From contig CAZIGK010000005.1 in NCBI GenBank assembly GCA_964538615.1, positions 55,822 to 119,821 on the forward strand: DNA of 64,000 nucleotides, read 5' to 3'. Each line of letters begins with the position of its first letter. Position 1 is the first letter of the stretch. This DNA comes from an uncultured Rickettsiales bacterium (GTDB lineage Bacteria > Pseudomonadota > Alphaproteobacteria > Rickettsiales > RI-342). Positions 1-8,646 of the stretch are shown in pieces. The position numbers were made by a program, and so were the translations under genes. The notes below the pieces were generated by a model, which worked only from the letters and a program-made list of their open reading frames with translations, was not told where the DNA came from and searched no databases.

Positions 1-346
1 CACCGACCAGTGTTTTTTTGACCAGCAGTGCCGCATATTCATGCACATGCAGGCCATGCTGGGCGAGGCTGAGGATGATGGCGCCACGTGCCTGCCCCAG
101 TTTGAGAGTAGAGGCACCGTTGGCGGTGACGAAGGTTTCTTCAATGGCGGCGACATCCGGCTGGTGGGTGGTGAGAATCTGCCGGATGCCTTCATGCAGT
201 TGTAGCAGGCGTTGGTACAGTGGGGATTTGGAATCATCCGGTTTGACAAGACCAGAGGCGATATAACGTAGGCTGTTGCCTTGCTGGTGGATGATGCCCC
301 AGCCCATGCGCTGCAAGCCGGGGTCTATGCCGAGGATGAGGGTCAT
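1..346 (-). CDS. ruvC: Holliday junction resolvase RuvC. This is the N-terminal part; the C-terminus lies beyond the left window edge.
   Basis: The reverse strand from the ATG (complement of 344-346) reads MTLILGIDPGLQRMGWGII...AAIEETFV...STLKLGQARG, which is the typical RuvC N-terminus. It is absent from the ORF track because the frame is open at the edge. Confidence 0.85.
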   Translation of the reverse strand, partial: MTLILGIDPGLQRMGWGIIHQQGNSLRYIASGLVKPDDSKSPLYQRLLQLHEGIRQILTTHQPDVAAIEETFVTANGASTLKLGQARGAIILSLAQHGLHVHEYAALLVKKTLVG

Positions 347-501
347 GGGGTGCCTTTTGTTGATGGGATTTATGAGAGCGTAATGAGACGAGGAGGAAAA
401 AGCAACGTGCCAAGTGTATATGGACAAGAACGGCGGCAAGTAGGCCACGCCGGAAGCTAAGCAAAAACAACCGAATGGAGCCAGTGGAAGGTTTCCCGTG
501 G

Positions 502-521
502 ATGCCTGCCTTCGCAGGCAT
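502..521. repeat. Short perfect palindrome of REP-like type: 8-bp stem ATGCCTGC/GCAGGCAT with a CTTC loop.
   Basis: Read directly from the sequence. The overlapping track ORF 234..551 translates it as ..MPAKAGIH.., the usual signature of translated palindromic intergenic repeats. Only one copy is seen in this window. Confidence 0.35.
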
Positions 522-617
522 GACGATATGTATCGTCCCGTTAGAGGACAAGAAGCGAGCACAGGAGTGCGAGCCCTTTAGCGAACGAAGCCAGAGAAAA
601 AAATTTCGTTGAGAGGA

Positions 618-1133
618 TTACAGAGTCTTTAACATGTAATGGTTGCAGCTATGGTGGCCGGTGTTGCCCATGGCCTGAGGAATGACCTGAAAGCCATGCG
701 ACTGGTAGAGGCGGCAGGCATCCCCCAGACGTTCCAGCGTTTCCAGATAGCAATGGGTATAGCCATGCTCACGGGCGAAGTGGAGGCAGGCTTGCATGAG
801 TTGGTGCCCCACCCCCTGACCACGGGCGGTGGGCAGGATGTACATTTTTTGCAGTTCGCATACGCTGGGGTCTGCGCCCTTTAGGGGAGCGATACCCGCA
901 CCGCCAACGGCGGCACCATCCAGCTCTGCCATGAAAAAACGGCTGCCTGAATGTTGGTAGGTTTGGTAGAGGCTATCCAGTTCAGGATCCGCAATGGAAT
1001 AGCCTGCCCCAACACAGCCGATACCGGTCATGACTTCGCGGATAATACGGGCAATGGTGGGATTATCCTTCGGCTCAATGTGCCTTAGGGTGAGATTGTT
1101 CGTATTCTTCTTCTTCGGTGAGTGGGATTTCAT
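618..1133 (-). CDS. GNAT-family N-acetyltransferase
   Basis: Acetyl-CoA binding motif ..ARGQGVGHQLM.. and the overall GNAT pattern. I trimmed the start to the only in-frame ATG downstream of the track start (MKSHSPKKK..). This start overlaps the dctA 3' end by 59 nt. Confidence 0.75.
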   Translation of the reverse strand: MKSHSPKKKNTNNLTLRHIEPKDNPTIARIIREVMTGIGCVGAGYSIADPELDSLYQTYQHSGSRFFMAELDGAAVGGAGIAPLKGADPSVCELQKMYILPTARGQGVGHQLMQACLHFAREHGYTHCYLETLERLGDACRLYQSHGFQVIPQAMGNTGHHSCNHYMLKTL

Positions 1134-2439
1134 GACGCAGTGCCTTTTGCATGATGGTGTCATCTAATGCGCCTTCCATGCGTGAAATGGCGACCGTTGC
1201 CACGGCATTGCCAATAAAGTTGGTGAGAGCACGGATGGAAGACATGAAGCGGTCTATGCCGAGGAGGAGTGCGACACCTTCCAGCGGTAGAACGCCTCCC
1301 ATGGCGCTGATGGTGGCGGCCAGCACCACAAAGGCGCTGCCGGTGACACCCGCAGCCCCCTTGGAGGTGAGGAGCAGAATGCCGAGGATGGTGAGTTCTT
1401 GCTCGAAGGAGAGGTCTACCCCGTAGGCCTGTGCGATGAACAGGGTGGCCATGGAGAGATAGATGCTGGAGCCGTCCAGATTGAACGAATAGCCGGTAGG
1501 AACCACCATGCCGACCACGGATTTGGCGCAGCCGAGGTGGGTCATTTTTTCAATGAGGCGTGGCAGTACGGTTTCTGAGGAGGAGGTGCCGAGAATGATG
1601 AACAATTCATCCTTCACATAGCCAATCAATTGCCAGAGGGGAAAGCGATAATAACGGGCAACCGAACCCAACACCACGGTAATGAAAAAGAGCATGGTGC
1701 CGATGGCCAGCAAAATGAGATACCCCAGTGGTAGCAGGCTTTTCAGACCGAATTGTCCAATGGTGAAGGCCATGGCACCAAACGCAGCAAGCGGAGCCAG
1801 CTTCATGATAATGCCAATGATATGGAAAATAATGTGGGAGACGCGATCGAAGAACTCTTCGATGGGTTGGGTTTTATCTCCCAGTGCAGACATGGAAACA
1901 CCAAACAGGATGGCGACAAACAGGATTTGTAGCAGGTTGCCGCTGCTGAAGGCACCGACCATACTATCCGGAATGATGCCAAGGAGGAAGCCAACGGTGG
2001 AATGTTCCTGCATTCCGTGAGCACTTTCCGTAATGGAGCCGAGCAGGCTGCTATCCGCACCGGAGGTATCCATGCCTACGCCGGGTTGGAAGATATGCAT
2101 GACGGCCATGCCGAGAATGAGCGCGATGGTGGTGACGACCTCAAAATAAATGAGGGTTTTGGCACCTAATTTGCCAACTTTTTTAATATCCCCCATCGCG
2201 GAGATGCCCGTGACAATGGTGAGGAAAATGACGGGGCCGACAATCATTTTAATCATTTTGACAAAGCCATCCGCCAGAGGTTTCATGGCGATGCCTTGCT
2301 CCGGGAACAAGTGACCGAACAGAATGCCGAGCAGGATAGCCACCAGAACCTGTGTGGTGAGATCGCGGTGCCAGCGTTTGCGGGTGCTGCTGGCGGTGGA
2401 TTGAGATGGGGTGTTTTCCGGCACAGTGGCGGTCATCAT
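1075..2439 (-). CDS. dctA: C4-dicarboxylate/amino acid:cation symporter (DctA/GltP family)
   Basis: Family-typical sequence ..PLADGFVKMIKMIVGPVIFLTIVTGISAMGD.. and a multi-TM profile. Start trimmed to MMTATVPEN (ATG at complement of 2437-2439). Confidence 0.85.
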   Translation of the reverse strand: MMTATVPENTPSQSTASSTRKRWHRDLTTQVLVAILLGILFGHLFPEQGIAMKPLADGFVKMIKMIVGPVIFLTIVTGISAMGDIKKVGKLGAKTLIYFEVVTTIALILGMAVMHIFQPGVGMDTSGADSSLLGSITESAHGMQEHSTVGFLLGIIPDSMVGAFSSGNLLQILFVAILFGVSMSALGDKTQPIEEFFDRVSHIIFHIIGIIMKLAPLAAFGAMAFTIGQFGLKSLLPLGYLILLAIGTMLFFITVVLGSVARYYRFPLWQLIGYVKDELFIILGTSSSETVLPRLIEKMTHLGCAKSVVGMVVPTGYSFNLDGSSIYLSMATLFIAQAYGVDLSFEQELTILGILLLTSKGAAGVTGSAFVVLAATISAMGGVLPLEGVALLLGIDRFMSSIRALTNFIGNAVATVAISRMEGALDDTIMQKALRHEIPLTEEEEYEQSHPKAH

Positions 2440-2651
2440 GGTCTTCTCCCTTTTGTGGCACCTGCGGTGTGCCCTGTCGTCCCAAAAATGGTGGCGGATA
2501 GTAACGACCGGTGAAGCTTGGGGCAAGTTTTCTGCATGCTGCGGTGCGGTATGGCAGAAGAAGATGCAACTAAGGCGATGGTATGGAGCAGAGGGTGCGG
2601 TGTGGATATTGACGATTTTCTGGTGGTTCTCAGGGAAAATTAATCTTTTCC

Positions 2652-4343
2652 GTGCATGACTTTAAGAAAGAACCAGAGATACTGCATGTGCCGATTGTAA
2701 CGAAAGAACCTCTCTCCCTGAATACGCGTTTGCTGCGGGATTTTTATATCGGCGCGGTGACGGTGGTGTGTTGCCTGATGGCACTGGCGGTGATTGTTAC
2801 CGTGGGTTTCAAAGAATATCAGGCGGTGGAAAGCCGCATGGACGCCAGTTTGCGCCAGCAGGCAGAGCAGGTAAGCACTTCCATTGCGCGATTGGTGCAG
2901 CATACGCAGTTTATGATGAGCCAGATTGGGCAGGAAATACGGCGTTTGCCCACAGATGATAAGGCAGGCATTGCGGAAATTTTGCATGCCTACCGTGAGA
3001 ATAGTCGACAAAATAATGTGCATAGTTGGAGTGTGTTTAGCTGGATCAATGCAGAGCATCAGTTGGTGGTGTCATCTGCCGGGGGGGTATTGGAAAAACC
3101 GGTGGATGTGAGTTACCGTTCCTACATTGCGGATGCGATACGTGAGCCATGGCGGATTCATTTTTCCTATGCGGCCAAAGGCGCGGTGACGGGTTTATGG
3201 ATTGTGCCAACGGGGTTGGGGGTGACCGACCGTCAGGGGCGGCATATGGGCGTGGTGTCCATGGGGTTTGATTTACAGGGCTTGCAGCGGGAAATGGAAG
3301 TCATGTTGAAAAACCACCATACGCATTTGGGGTTGGCGCAGGAAGGGGACGACCAACTGGTATTGGATACAGGATTGCGGGATGGCCATCTACAGGTGGT
3401 GATGGAGAGCATGATGCATCCGTTTCGGGTGTATCTGGAAGCGGACGGAGAAGAACTGGCAGCGCAGCAGCGCGTGATTATACTGGCTTATGGCGGGCAA
3501 ACACTGCTGATTTTGGTGTTGTTATTCAGTAGTCTTTTCTGGTTGCGTCTGCGGGTGGTGATGCCAGCCGTGCAAAGCCGGGAGAAGGAAGAAGCCGCCC
3601 GTGCGGAACGGGATAAGGCACAGGCGACCAGTAAAGCCAAGTCTGTGTTTATTGCTAACATGAGTCATGAATTGCGAACGCCCTTGAATTCGGTGATTGG
3701 TTTTGCCGAATTGTTGCAGAACGAAACCTTTGGGCATTTGAATGAAAAGCAGCATGAGTATGTGGAGGATATTCGGCGGAGTGGCAAAACCTTGCTGGAG
3801 CTGATTAACGATATTCTGGAATTATCCCGCATTGATGCGGGCAAGTTGGAGTTGGCGCTGCGCCCGTTGGATATGAACCTATTGCTGATGGAATGCGTGC
3901 GGGATTTGACCCCGGCGGCACGCAAGCAGGATGTGCGATTGCATTTAAGCCTGAACCGTAAATTGCCCGTGGTAGAGGGTGACCCGAAGCGGTTGAAACA
4001 GGTGTTGCATAATCTGATGGCGAATGCGGTGAAATTTACCCCGGCGGGCGGGGAAGTGCAGGTGCGTGCATGGGTGGAGCCTTATGCAGGGTTGCATGTG
4101 CAGGTGAAAGATACCGGTGTTGGGATGAGTGAAAGCGAACTGGCCATTGCGCTGGAAAAATTTGGCCAGATTGAGAATGAGTTGACGCATCAGCACAGCG
4201 GAACGGGATTGGGCTTGCCGTTAGCGCGGGAATTGACGCATTTGCACGGCGGCAACCTGACGATTGAGAGTGAGAAAGGCAAGGGAACCACGGTGTCTTT
4301 GTGGTTCCCTCCCTCATGCTTGCGGGAGCCTGAAAGGGCTTAG
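2652..4343 (+). CDS. Membrane sensor histidine kinase with two TM segments flanking a ~230-aa periplasmic domain, followed by HisKA and HATPase_c domains.
   Basis: H-box FIANMSHELRTPLNSVIGF, N-box ..HNLMANAVKFT.., G-boxes DTGVGM and GTGLGL. GTG start. No response regulator gene is adjacent. Confidence 0.85.
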   Translation: MHDFKKEPEILHVPIVTKEPLSLNTRLLRDFYIGAVTVVCCLMALAVIVTVGFKEYQAVESRMDASLRQQAEQVSTSIARLVQHTQFMMSQIGQEIRRLPTDDKAGIAEILHAYRENSRQNNVHSWSVFSWINAEHQLVVSSAGGVLEKPVDVSYRSYIADAIREPWRIHFSYAAKGAVTGLWIVPTGLGVTDRQGRHMGVVSMGFDLQGLQREMEVMLKNHHTHLGLAQEGDDQLVLDTGLRDGHLQVVMESMMHPFRVYLEADGEELAAQQRVIILAYGGQTLLILVLLFSSLFWLRLRVVMPAVQSREKEEAARAERDKAQATSKAKSVFIANMSHELRTPLNSVIGFAELLQNETFGHLNEKQHEYVEDIRRSGKTLLELINDILELSRIDAGKLELALRPLDMNLLLMECVRDLTPAARKQDVRLHLSLNRKLPVVEGDPKRLKQVLHNLMANAVKFTPAGGEVQVRAWVEPYAGLHVQVKDTGVGMSESELAIALEKFGQIENELTHQHSGTGLGLPLARELTHLHGGNLTIESEKGKGTTVSLWFPPSCLREPERA

Positions 4344-4533
4344 GACCGGGTGTAACATGATGCCAGATAGTGTCGTCACACGATGTTTCATGGCCTGCAA
4401 ACCACCTTTTTCTGTGCTTCCGTCTACATACATTGAAATGTCTGGTTCTCGAGAATGGCAGTTTCTGGCGCATTCTCCCTCTCGTGGGGACGCTATCTAA
4501 ACAACAAATCATCGGTGCATTGGGCGAGGCGGC

Positions 4534-6717
4534 CTAGTGGCGCGTGTTGGGGTAGTCATGCTCGATGGTGAGGGGCTGGGCGCGTTTGGGAGCGTCCTCG
4601 CCGCGGATTTCATCGAAGAACATATCCCACAGCGATTTATCCGGCGTTTGAGCTTTCTGAGGCTTGGCGGAGCGGGGCTGGGTGGGTGCGCCCGTTGCTG
4701 AGGGGGAGTTGGTGGAGGGTGCATTCAGCCATGGCAGGGTTTCTGTTGCGTTGATGCGTGAGGTGGGGGCTTTGGGATGGGCGGTGGCCAGCATGTTACC
4801 GAAGATTTTAGCGGGTAATGAGCCACCGGTGATTTTTTGCATGGGTTTATTATCGTCCCGCCCGACCCAGACACCGCCAATCAGTTTGGTGCTATAGCCG
4901 ATGAACCACGCATCGCGGTAGTCCTGACTGGTGCCGGTTTTGCCTGCCACTGAGAAGGGCAGGCGAATGGATTTGGCGGTGCCATATTGTACCACCGCCT
5001 GAAGCATTTGGTGCATTTCCCCCGCGACGACGGAGCGTAAGCGTTGCGGGTGGTGAGGGATATGTTTGTAGAGCAGGGTTTTATCCGCATTGCGGCGAAT
5101 TTCCTGCACGCCATAGGGCTGGATTCCCACGCCGCCATTGGCGATATGGGCATAGGCGGTCGTGAGTTCCAGCAGGGTGACTTCGCTGGCGCCGAGTGCC
5201 AGTGAGGGCTGGTTTTTCAGGGGGCTTTCCACGCCCAGTTCACGTGCGGTGGTGATGACCTGATGGCGTCCGACCTCTTCACTGAGGCGAACCGCAGGTA
5301 TGTTGAGCGATTGGGCGAAGGCTTGTTCCAGCGTCACCATGCCACGGAAGCGGTGGTCGTAGTTGTCCGGGCTCCATTTGCCGATGCGAAGTGGCGCATC
5401 TTCAATGAGGCTGTTAGCGCGCCAGCCTTGTTTTAAGCCTGTCAGGTAGGGGAAAAGTTTGAAGGCAGAGCCGGGCTGTCGGCTGGCTTGTGTGGCGCGG
5501 TTATACTGGCTGCCGCGGTAGGAGCGTCCACCCATCATGGCGCGCACCGCACCATCCGGGCTGAGGAGTATGGCGGCGGCTTGCATGGTGGAGGGGGTGG
5601 CTTCTTCCTCTGCCTTGGGGGTGGGGGGAAGGGTTTGCGCCAGCGATGTTTCGATGGATTTTTGCAAGGCGGGGTCAAAGCTGGTGCGGATGGTGACATC
5701 TTCATCCACCCGACCGATGATGTCTGGCAGGGTGCTCATGACCCAATCTGCAAAATAGTGACTATTGTTCTGATCGCCATAGGTTTGCTGACGCTGGGCT
5801 GGGTATTCCATGGCGGCTTGCGCGATGGCAGGGCTGATAAAGCCCGCATCCTGCATATTGCGAATGACCTGACGGGTGCGCTGCATGGAGCGTTCCGGAT
5901 GGCTGGTGGGGGCGTAACGGGATGGAGCCTTCAGCAGGCCAACAATCATGGCGGCTTCCGTCACATTGAGCGAACGGGCGGATTTGTTGAAATACCGGCG
6001 GGCGGCGGCATCCACACCATAGGTGCCAGCGCCGAGATAGACGCGGTTGAGGTAAAGGGTGAGCAGCTCTTCCTTGCTGAACTTATATTCCAGCCAGAAG
6101 GCGAGCATGACCTCTTGCACTTTACGTTTCAGGTTGCGGTCTGAGGAAAGGAACAGGTTTTTGGCCAACTGCTGAGTGATGGTGCTGCCGCCCTGCACCA
6201 CTCTGCCAGCACGGGTATTCACCCAGAAGGCACGGGCAAGGCCGATGGGATCCAGACCGAAATGGCTGAAAAAACGGCGGTCTTCTGTGGCAATGAGGGC
6301 GTTGACCAGATTGGTGGGAAACTGCTCATAGCGGAGGTAATCGCCGTAGAGTTCTCCGTAGGAAGCGAAGGGTTTGCCGTGGATATCCAGCAGGACGATG
6401 CCGGGTTTTTCCCGCACGATATCCAGATGGTCGGTCTCTGGCAGATCATGCGCAAAATAGAGTAGTGCCAGCAACCCCAGGACTCCACCCCAGATGACAC
6501 CCAGAAATAACAGTCGCTTGAACAGTGGCAGCAACAGGGCAGATCGTGAATGGGCGGACGTTGTATCTTCCCGGCGGGTGGTGCGGGAGGCTCTGGCGCT
6601 GCTGCCGGAACGAGACGCCCTGATGCGGCCAGACGAGGATGTGCCCTTGCCACCTGAGCCGGACTTGCCGGTTTTACGTGGGGAGGGGGAATCTTTACGG
6701 GGGGGACGCCCGGCCAT
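4534..6717 (-). CDS. mrcA: Penicillin-binding protein 1A (bifunctional glycosyltransferase/transpeptidase)
   Basis: GT51 motifs ..ALIATEDRRFFSHFGLDP.. and ..GGSTITQQLAKN... Transpeptidase motifs ..QPGSAFKLFPY.. and ..KTGTSQ... Start trimmed to MAGRPPRK (ATG at complement of 6715-6717). The track's upstream 147 aa look non-coding. Confidence 0.9.
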   Translation of the reverse strand: MAGRPPRKDSPSPRKTGKSGSGGKGTSSSGRIRASRSGSSARASRTTRREDTTSAHSRSALLLPLFKRLLFLGVIWGGVLGLLALLYFAHDLPETDHLDIVREKPGIVLLDIHGKPFASYGELYGDYLRYEQFPTNLVNALIATEDRRFFSHFGLDPIGLARAFWVNTRAGRVVQGGSTITQQLAKNLFLSSDRNLKRKVQEVMLAFWLEYKFSKEELLTLYLNRVYLGAGTYGVDAAARRYFNKSARSLNVTEAAMIVGLLKAPSRYAPTSHPERSMQRTRQVIRNMQDAGFISPAIAQAAMEYPAQRQQTYGDQNNSHYFADWVMSTLPDIIGRVDEDVTIRTSFDPALQKSIETSLAQTLPPTPKAEEEATPSTMQAAAILLSPDGAVRAMMGGRSYRGSQYNRATQASRQPGSAFKLFPYLTGLKQGWRANSLIEDAPLRIGKWSPDNYDHRFRGMVTLEQAFAQSLNIPAVRLSEEVGRHQVITTARELGVESPLKNQPSLALGASEVTLLELTTAYAHIANGGVGIQPYGVQEIRRNADKTLLYKHIPHHPQRLRSVVAGEMHQMLQAVVQYGTAKSIRLPFSVAGKTGTSQDYRDAWFIGYSTKLIGGVWVGRDDNKPMQKITGGSLPAKIFGNMLATAHPKAPTSRINATETLPWLNAPSTNSPSATGAPTQPRSAKPQKAQTPDKSLWDMFFDEIRGEDAPKRAQPLTIEHDYPNTRH

Positions 6718-6801
6718 GGTGTGAGTTCCTGAGGTTGCATGAGAGCGGTAATGGTTATATGAAAACCCTTGTCTTGTGTCTATGGTTTGTGCCGGAGTGT
6801 C

Positions 6802-8616
6802 ATGGTTTCTTCTCGTTCTTCTTCCTTGTCTGCTGATGCAACTGGTGCGGACAGGTCGCGCCGTTACGGTAGTTTGCGTTTTCTGATGCCGTATATGAAG
6901 CCCTATATCAGCACCATGCTGGTGGCATTGGTGGCTATGGGTTTTACCGCTGCGGCTCTGTTGGGGGTGGGGCATGGGTTGCGTTATCTGGTGGATGAGG
7001 GGTTGGGCAAAGGCGACCCGTACCTGCTGGATCATGCCTTCTGGTTTCTGGCGGTATTGACGGTCTTGCTGGCTATTGCCTCTTTCCTGCGGAGTTATGG
7101 CATGGCGTGGGTAGGAGAACAGGTGGTGGCAGATATCCGGCGGGATGCCTTTGCCCATGCTATGCGGCTTTCCCCCGGATATTATGCCGATGTGCGAACG
7201 GGAGAGGTGTTGTCCCGTCTGACGACCGATACGACTTTGTTACAGGCCGTGGTGACCAGCACTCTGGCCTTTGCTTTGCGTAATCTGCTGATGTTGATGG
7301 GGGGGGCGGGCATGTTGCTGTGGACCAGCCCGACACTGGCGGCTTATATGCTGTTGCTGATTCCTGCCGTGGTGATGCCTGTTGTGGTGTTGGGGCGCAA
7401 GGTGCGTATGTATTCGCGTCGGGTGCAGGATTGCATGGCGGATCTGACCGCGACGATGGAGGAGGGGCTTTCGCATTTGCAGACGGTGCAGGCCTATGGG
7501 CTGGAGGAGTCATTACAGCAGCGAAACCGGGGACAACTGGATGCCATGATGCAGCAGGTGGAGCGGCGGCTGGTGTTGCGATCCTTGCTGGTGGGGTTGG
7601 TGATTGCACTGGTATTTGGCGCGATTGTGCTGCTGCTGTGGATGGGCGGGCACCGTGTGTTGACCGGTGAGATGAGTGCGGGGGAATTATCTTCTTTTGT
7701 CTTCTATGCCGTGTTGGTGGCGGCAGCCACCGGAGGATTGAGTGAAGTTTCCGGCGATTTGCAGCGGGCAGCCGGTGCCGCCGAGCGTTTGATGGAATTG
7801 TTGGCCACGCAGCCGGTCATTCAGGTGCCGATGCAGCCCAAAGCATTGCCAGCGGCGGGGGATGGCACGGGTGTTGGGCGATTGGAATGCCGTCATGTAC
7901 GGTTTGCCTATCCGGGGCGAGAGGGTAAACCTGCTATACAGGCGTTGAATCTGGTGTTGCAGCCGGGGGAGAAAGTGGCGCTGGTAGGGCCTTCCGGTGC
8001 GGGGAAAACGACCTTATTGCAACTGTTGCTACGCTTTTATGACCCGCAGGGTGGAGAGATTCTGCTGGACGGTGTGTCCCTGCGTGAGATGCACCCGGAT
8101 ACGCTGCGCAATGCGATTGCCTATGTTCCGCAAGAGCCGGCCATTTTTGCGGCTTCTGCCTGGGAGAATATTCGTTATGGCCGACCGGAAGCAACCGATG
8201 CAGAAGTGATTGAGGCTGCACGGGCGGCAGAGGCACTGGATTTCCTCAACACGCTGCCGGATGGGCTGGATAGTCTGTTGGGGGAGCGGGGGAATAAACT
8301 TTCCGGCGGGCAAAGACAGCGTATTGCGATTGCGCGGGCTTTATTACGTAAACCGCGTCTGGTGTTGCTGGATGAAGCGACATCCGCGCTGGATGCGCAC
8401 CATGAGCAAAAAGTGCAGCAGGCGATGGAAAATCTAATGCAGGGGCGTACGACTCTGGTGATTGCACACCGGTTAGCGACGATCCGGCATATGGACCGGA
8501 TTGTGGTGTTGCGTGACGGGCAGATAGTGGAAGAGGGTACGCACCAAAGCCTTCTGAAGCGGCAGGGGTTGTATGCCGGATTGGCGGCCTTGCAGTTTGG
8601 CGAACGACAGACCTAA
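6802..8616 (+). CDS. ABC transporter, fused permease/ATP-binding protein (ABCB/MsbA-like exporter)
   Basis: Six-TM N-terminal half, Walker A GPSGAGKTT, signature LSGGQRQRIAIARA, Walker B LVLLDEATSALD. The start is uncertain (6769 or 6802). Confidence 0.85.
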   Translation: MVSSRSSSLSADATGADRSRRYGSLRFLMPYMKPYISTMLVALVAMGFTAAALLGVGHGLRYLVDEGLGKGDPYLLDHAFWFLAVLTVLLAIASFLRSYGMAWVGEQVVADIRRDAFAHAMRLSPGYYADVRTGEVLSRLTTDTTLLQAVVTSTLAFALRNLLMLMGGAGMLLWTSPTLAAYMLLLIPAVVMPVVVLGRKVRMYSRRVQDCMADLTATMEEGLSHLQTVQAYGLEESLQQRNRGQLDAMMQQVERRLVLRSLLVGLVIALVFGAIVLLLWMGGHRVLTGEMSAGELSSFVFYAVLVAAATGGLSEVSGDLQRAAGAAERLMELLATQPVIQVPMQPKALPAAGDGTGVGRLECRHVRFAYPGREGKPAIQALNLVLQPGEKVALVGPSGAGKTTLLQLLLRFYDPQGGEILLDGVSLREMHPDTLRNAIAYVPQEPAIFAASAWENIRYGRPEATDAEVIEAARAAEALDFLNTLPDGLDSLLGERGNKLSGGQRQRIAIARALLRKPRLVLLDEATSALDAHHEQKVQQAMENLMQGRTTLVIAHRLATIRHMDRIVVLRDGQIVEEGTHQSLLKRQGLYAGLAALQFGERQT

Positions 8617-8646
8617 CACAGATAAAATGGTGTAAGTGAGGAACGG

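Noticed and set aside
234-551. 105-aa minus-strand ORF containing ..MPAKAGIH..
   Set aside because: It is the translation of a palindromic intergenic element and of the ruvC upstream region in the wrong frame. The true gene here is ruvC (1..346) in another frame.
2552-2568. sigma54-like motif TGGCAGAAGAAGATGCA in the dctA/kinase spacer
   Set aside because: The GG-to-GC spacing is one nt too long and the -12 region is ATGC. It is also oriented towards the kinase, not dctA. This is insufficient to call a promoter.
2596-2612. Near-match to a DnaA box (TGTGGATAT)
   Set aside because: It is a single 8/9 match in a promoter spacer with no cluster of boxes or AT-rich unwinding element. It is not an origin.
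6718-7158. 147-aa N-terminal extension of the PBP1A track ORF
   Set aside because: The extension is His/Gln/Arg-rich, overlaps the divergent ABC transporter gene, and precedes a good ATG (MAGRPPRK). I treated it as non-coding.
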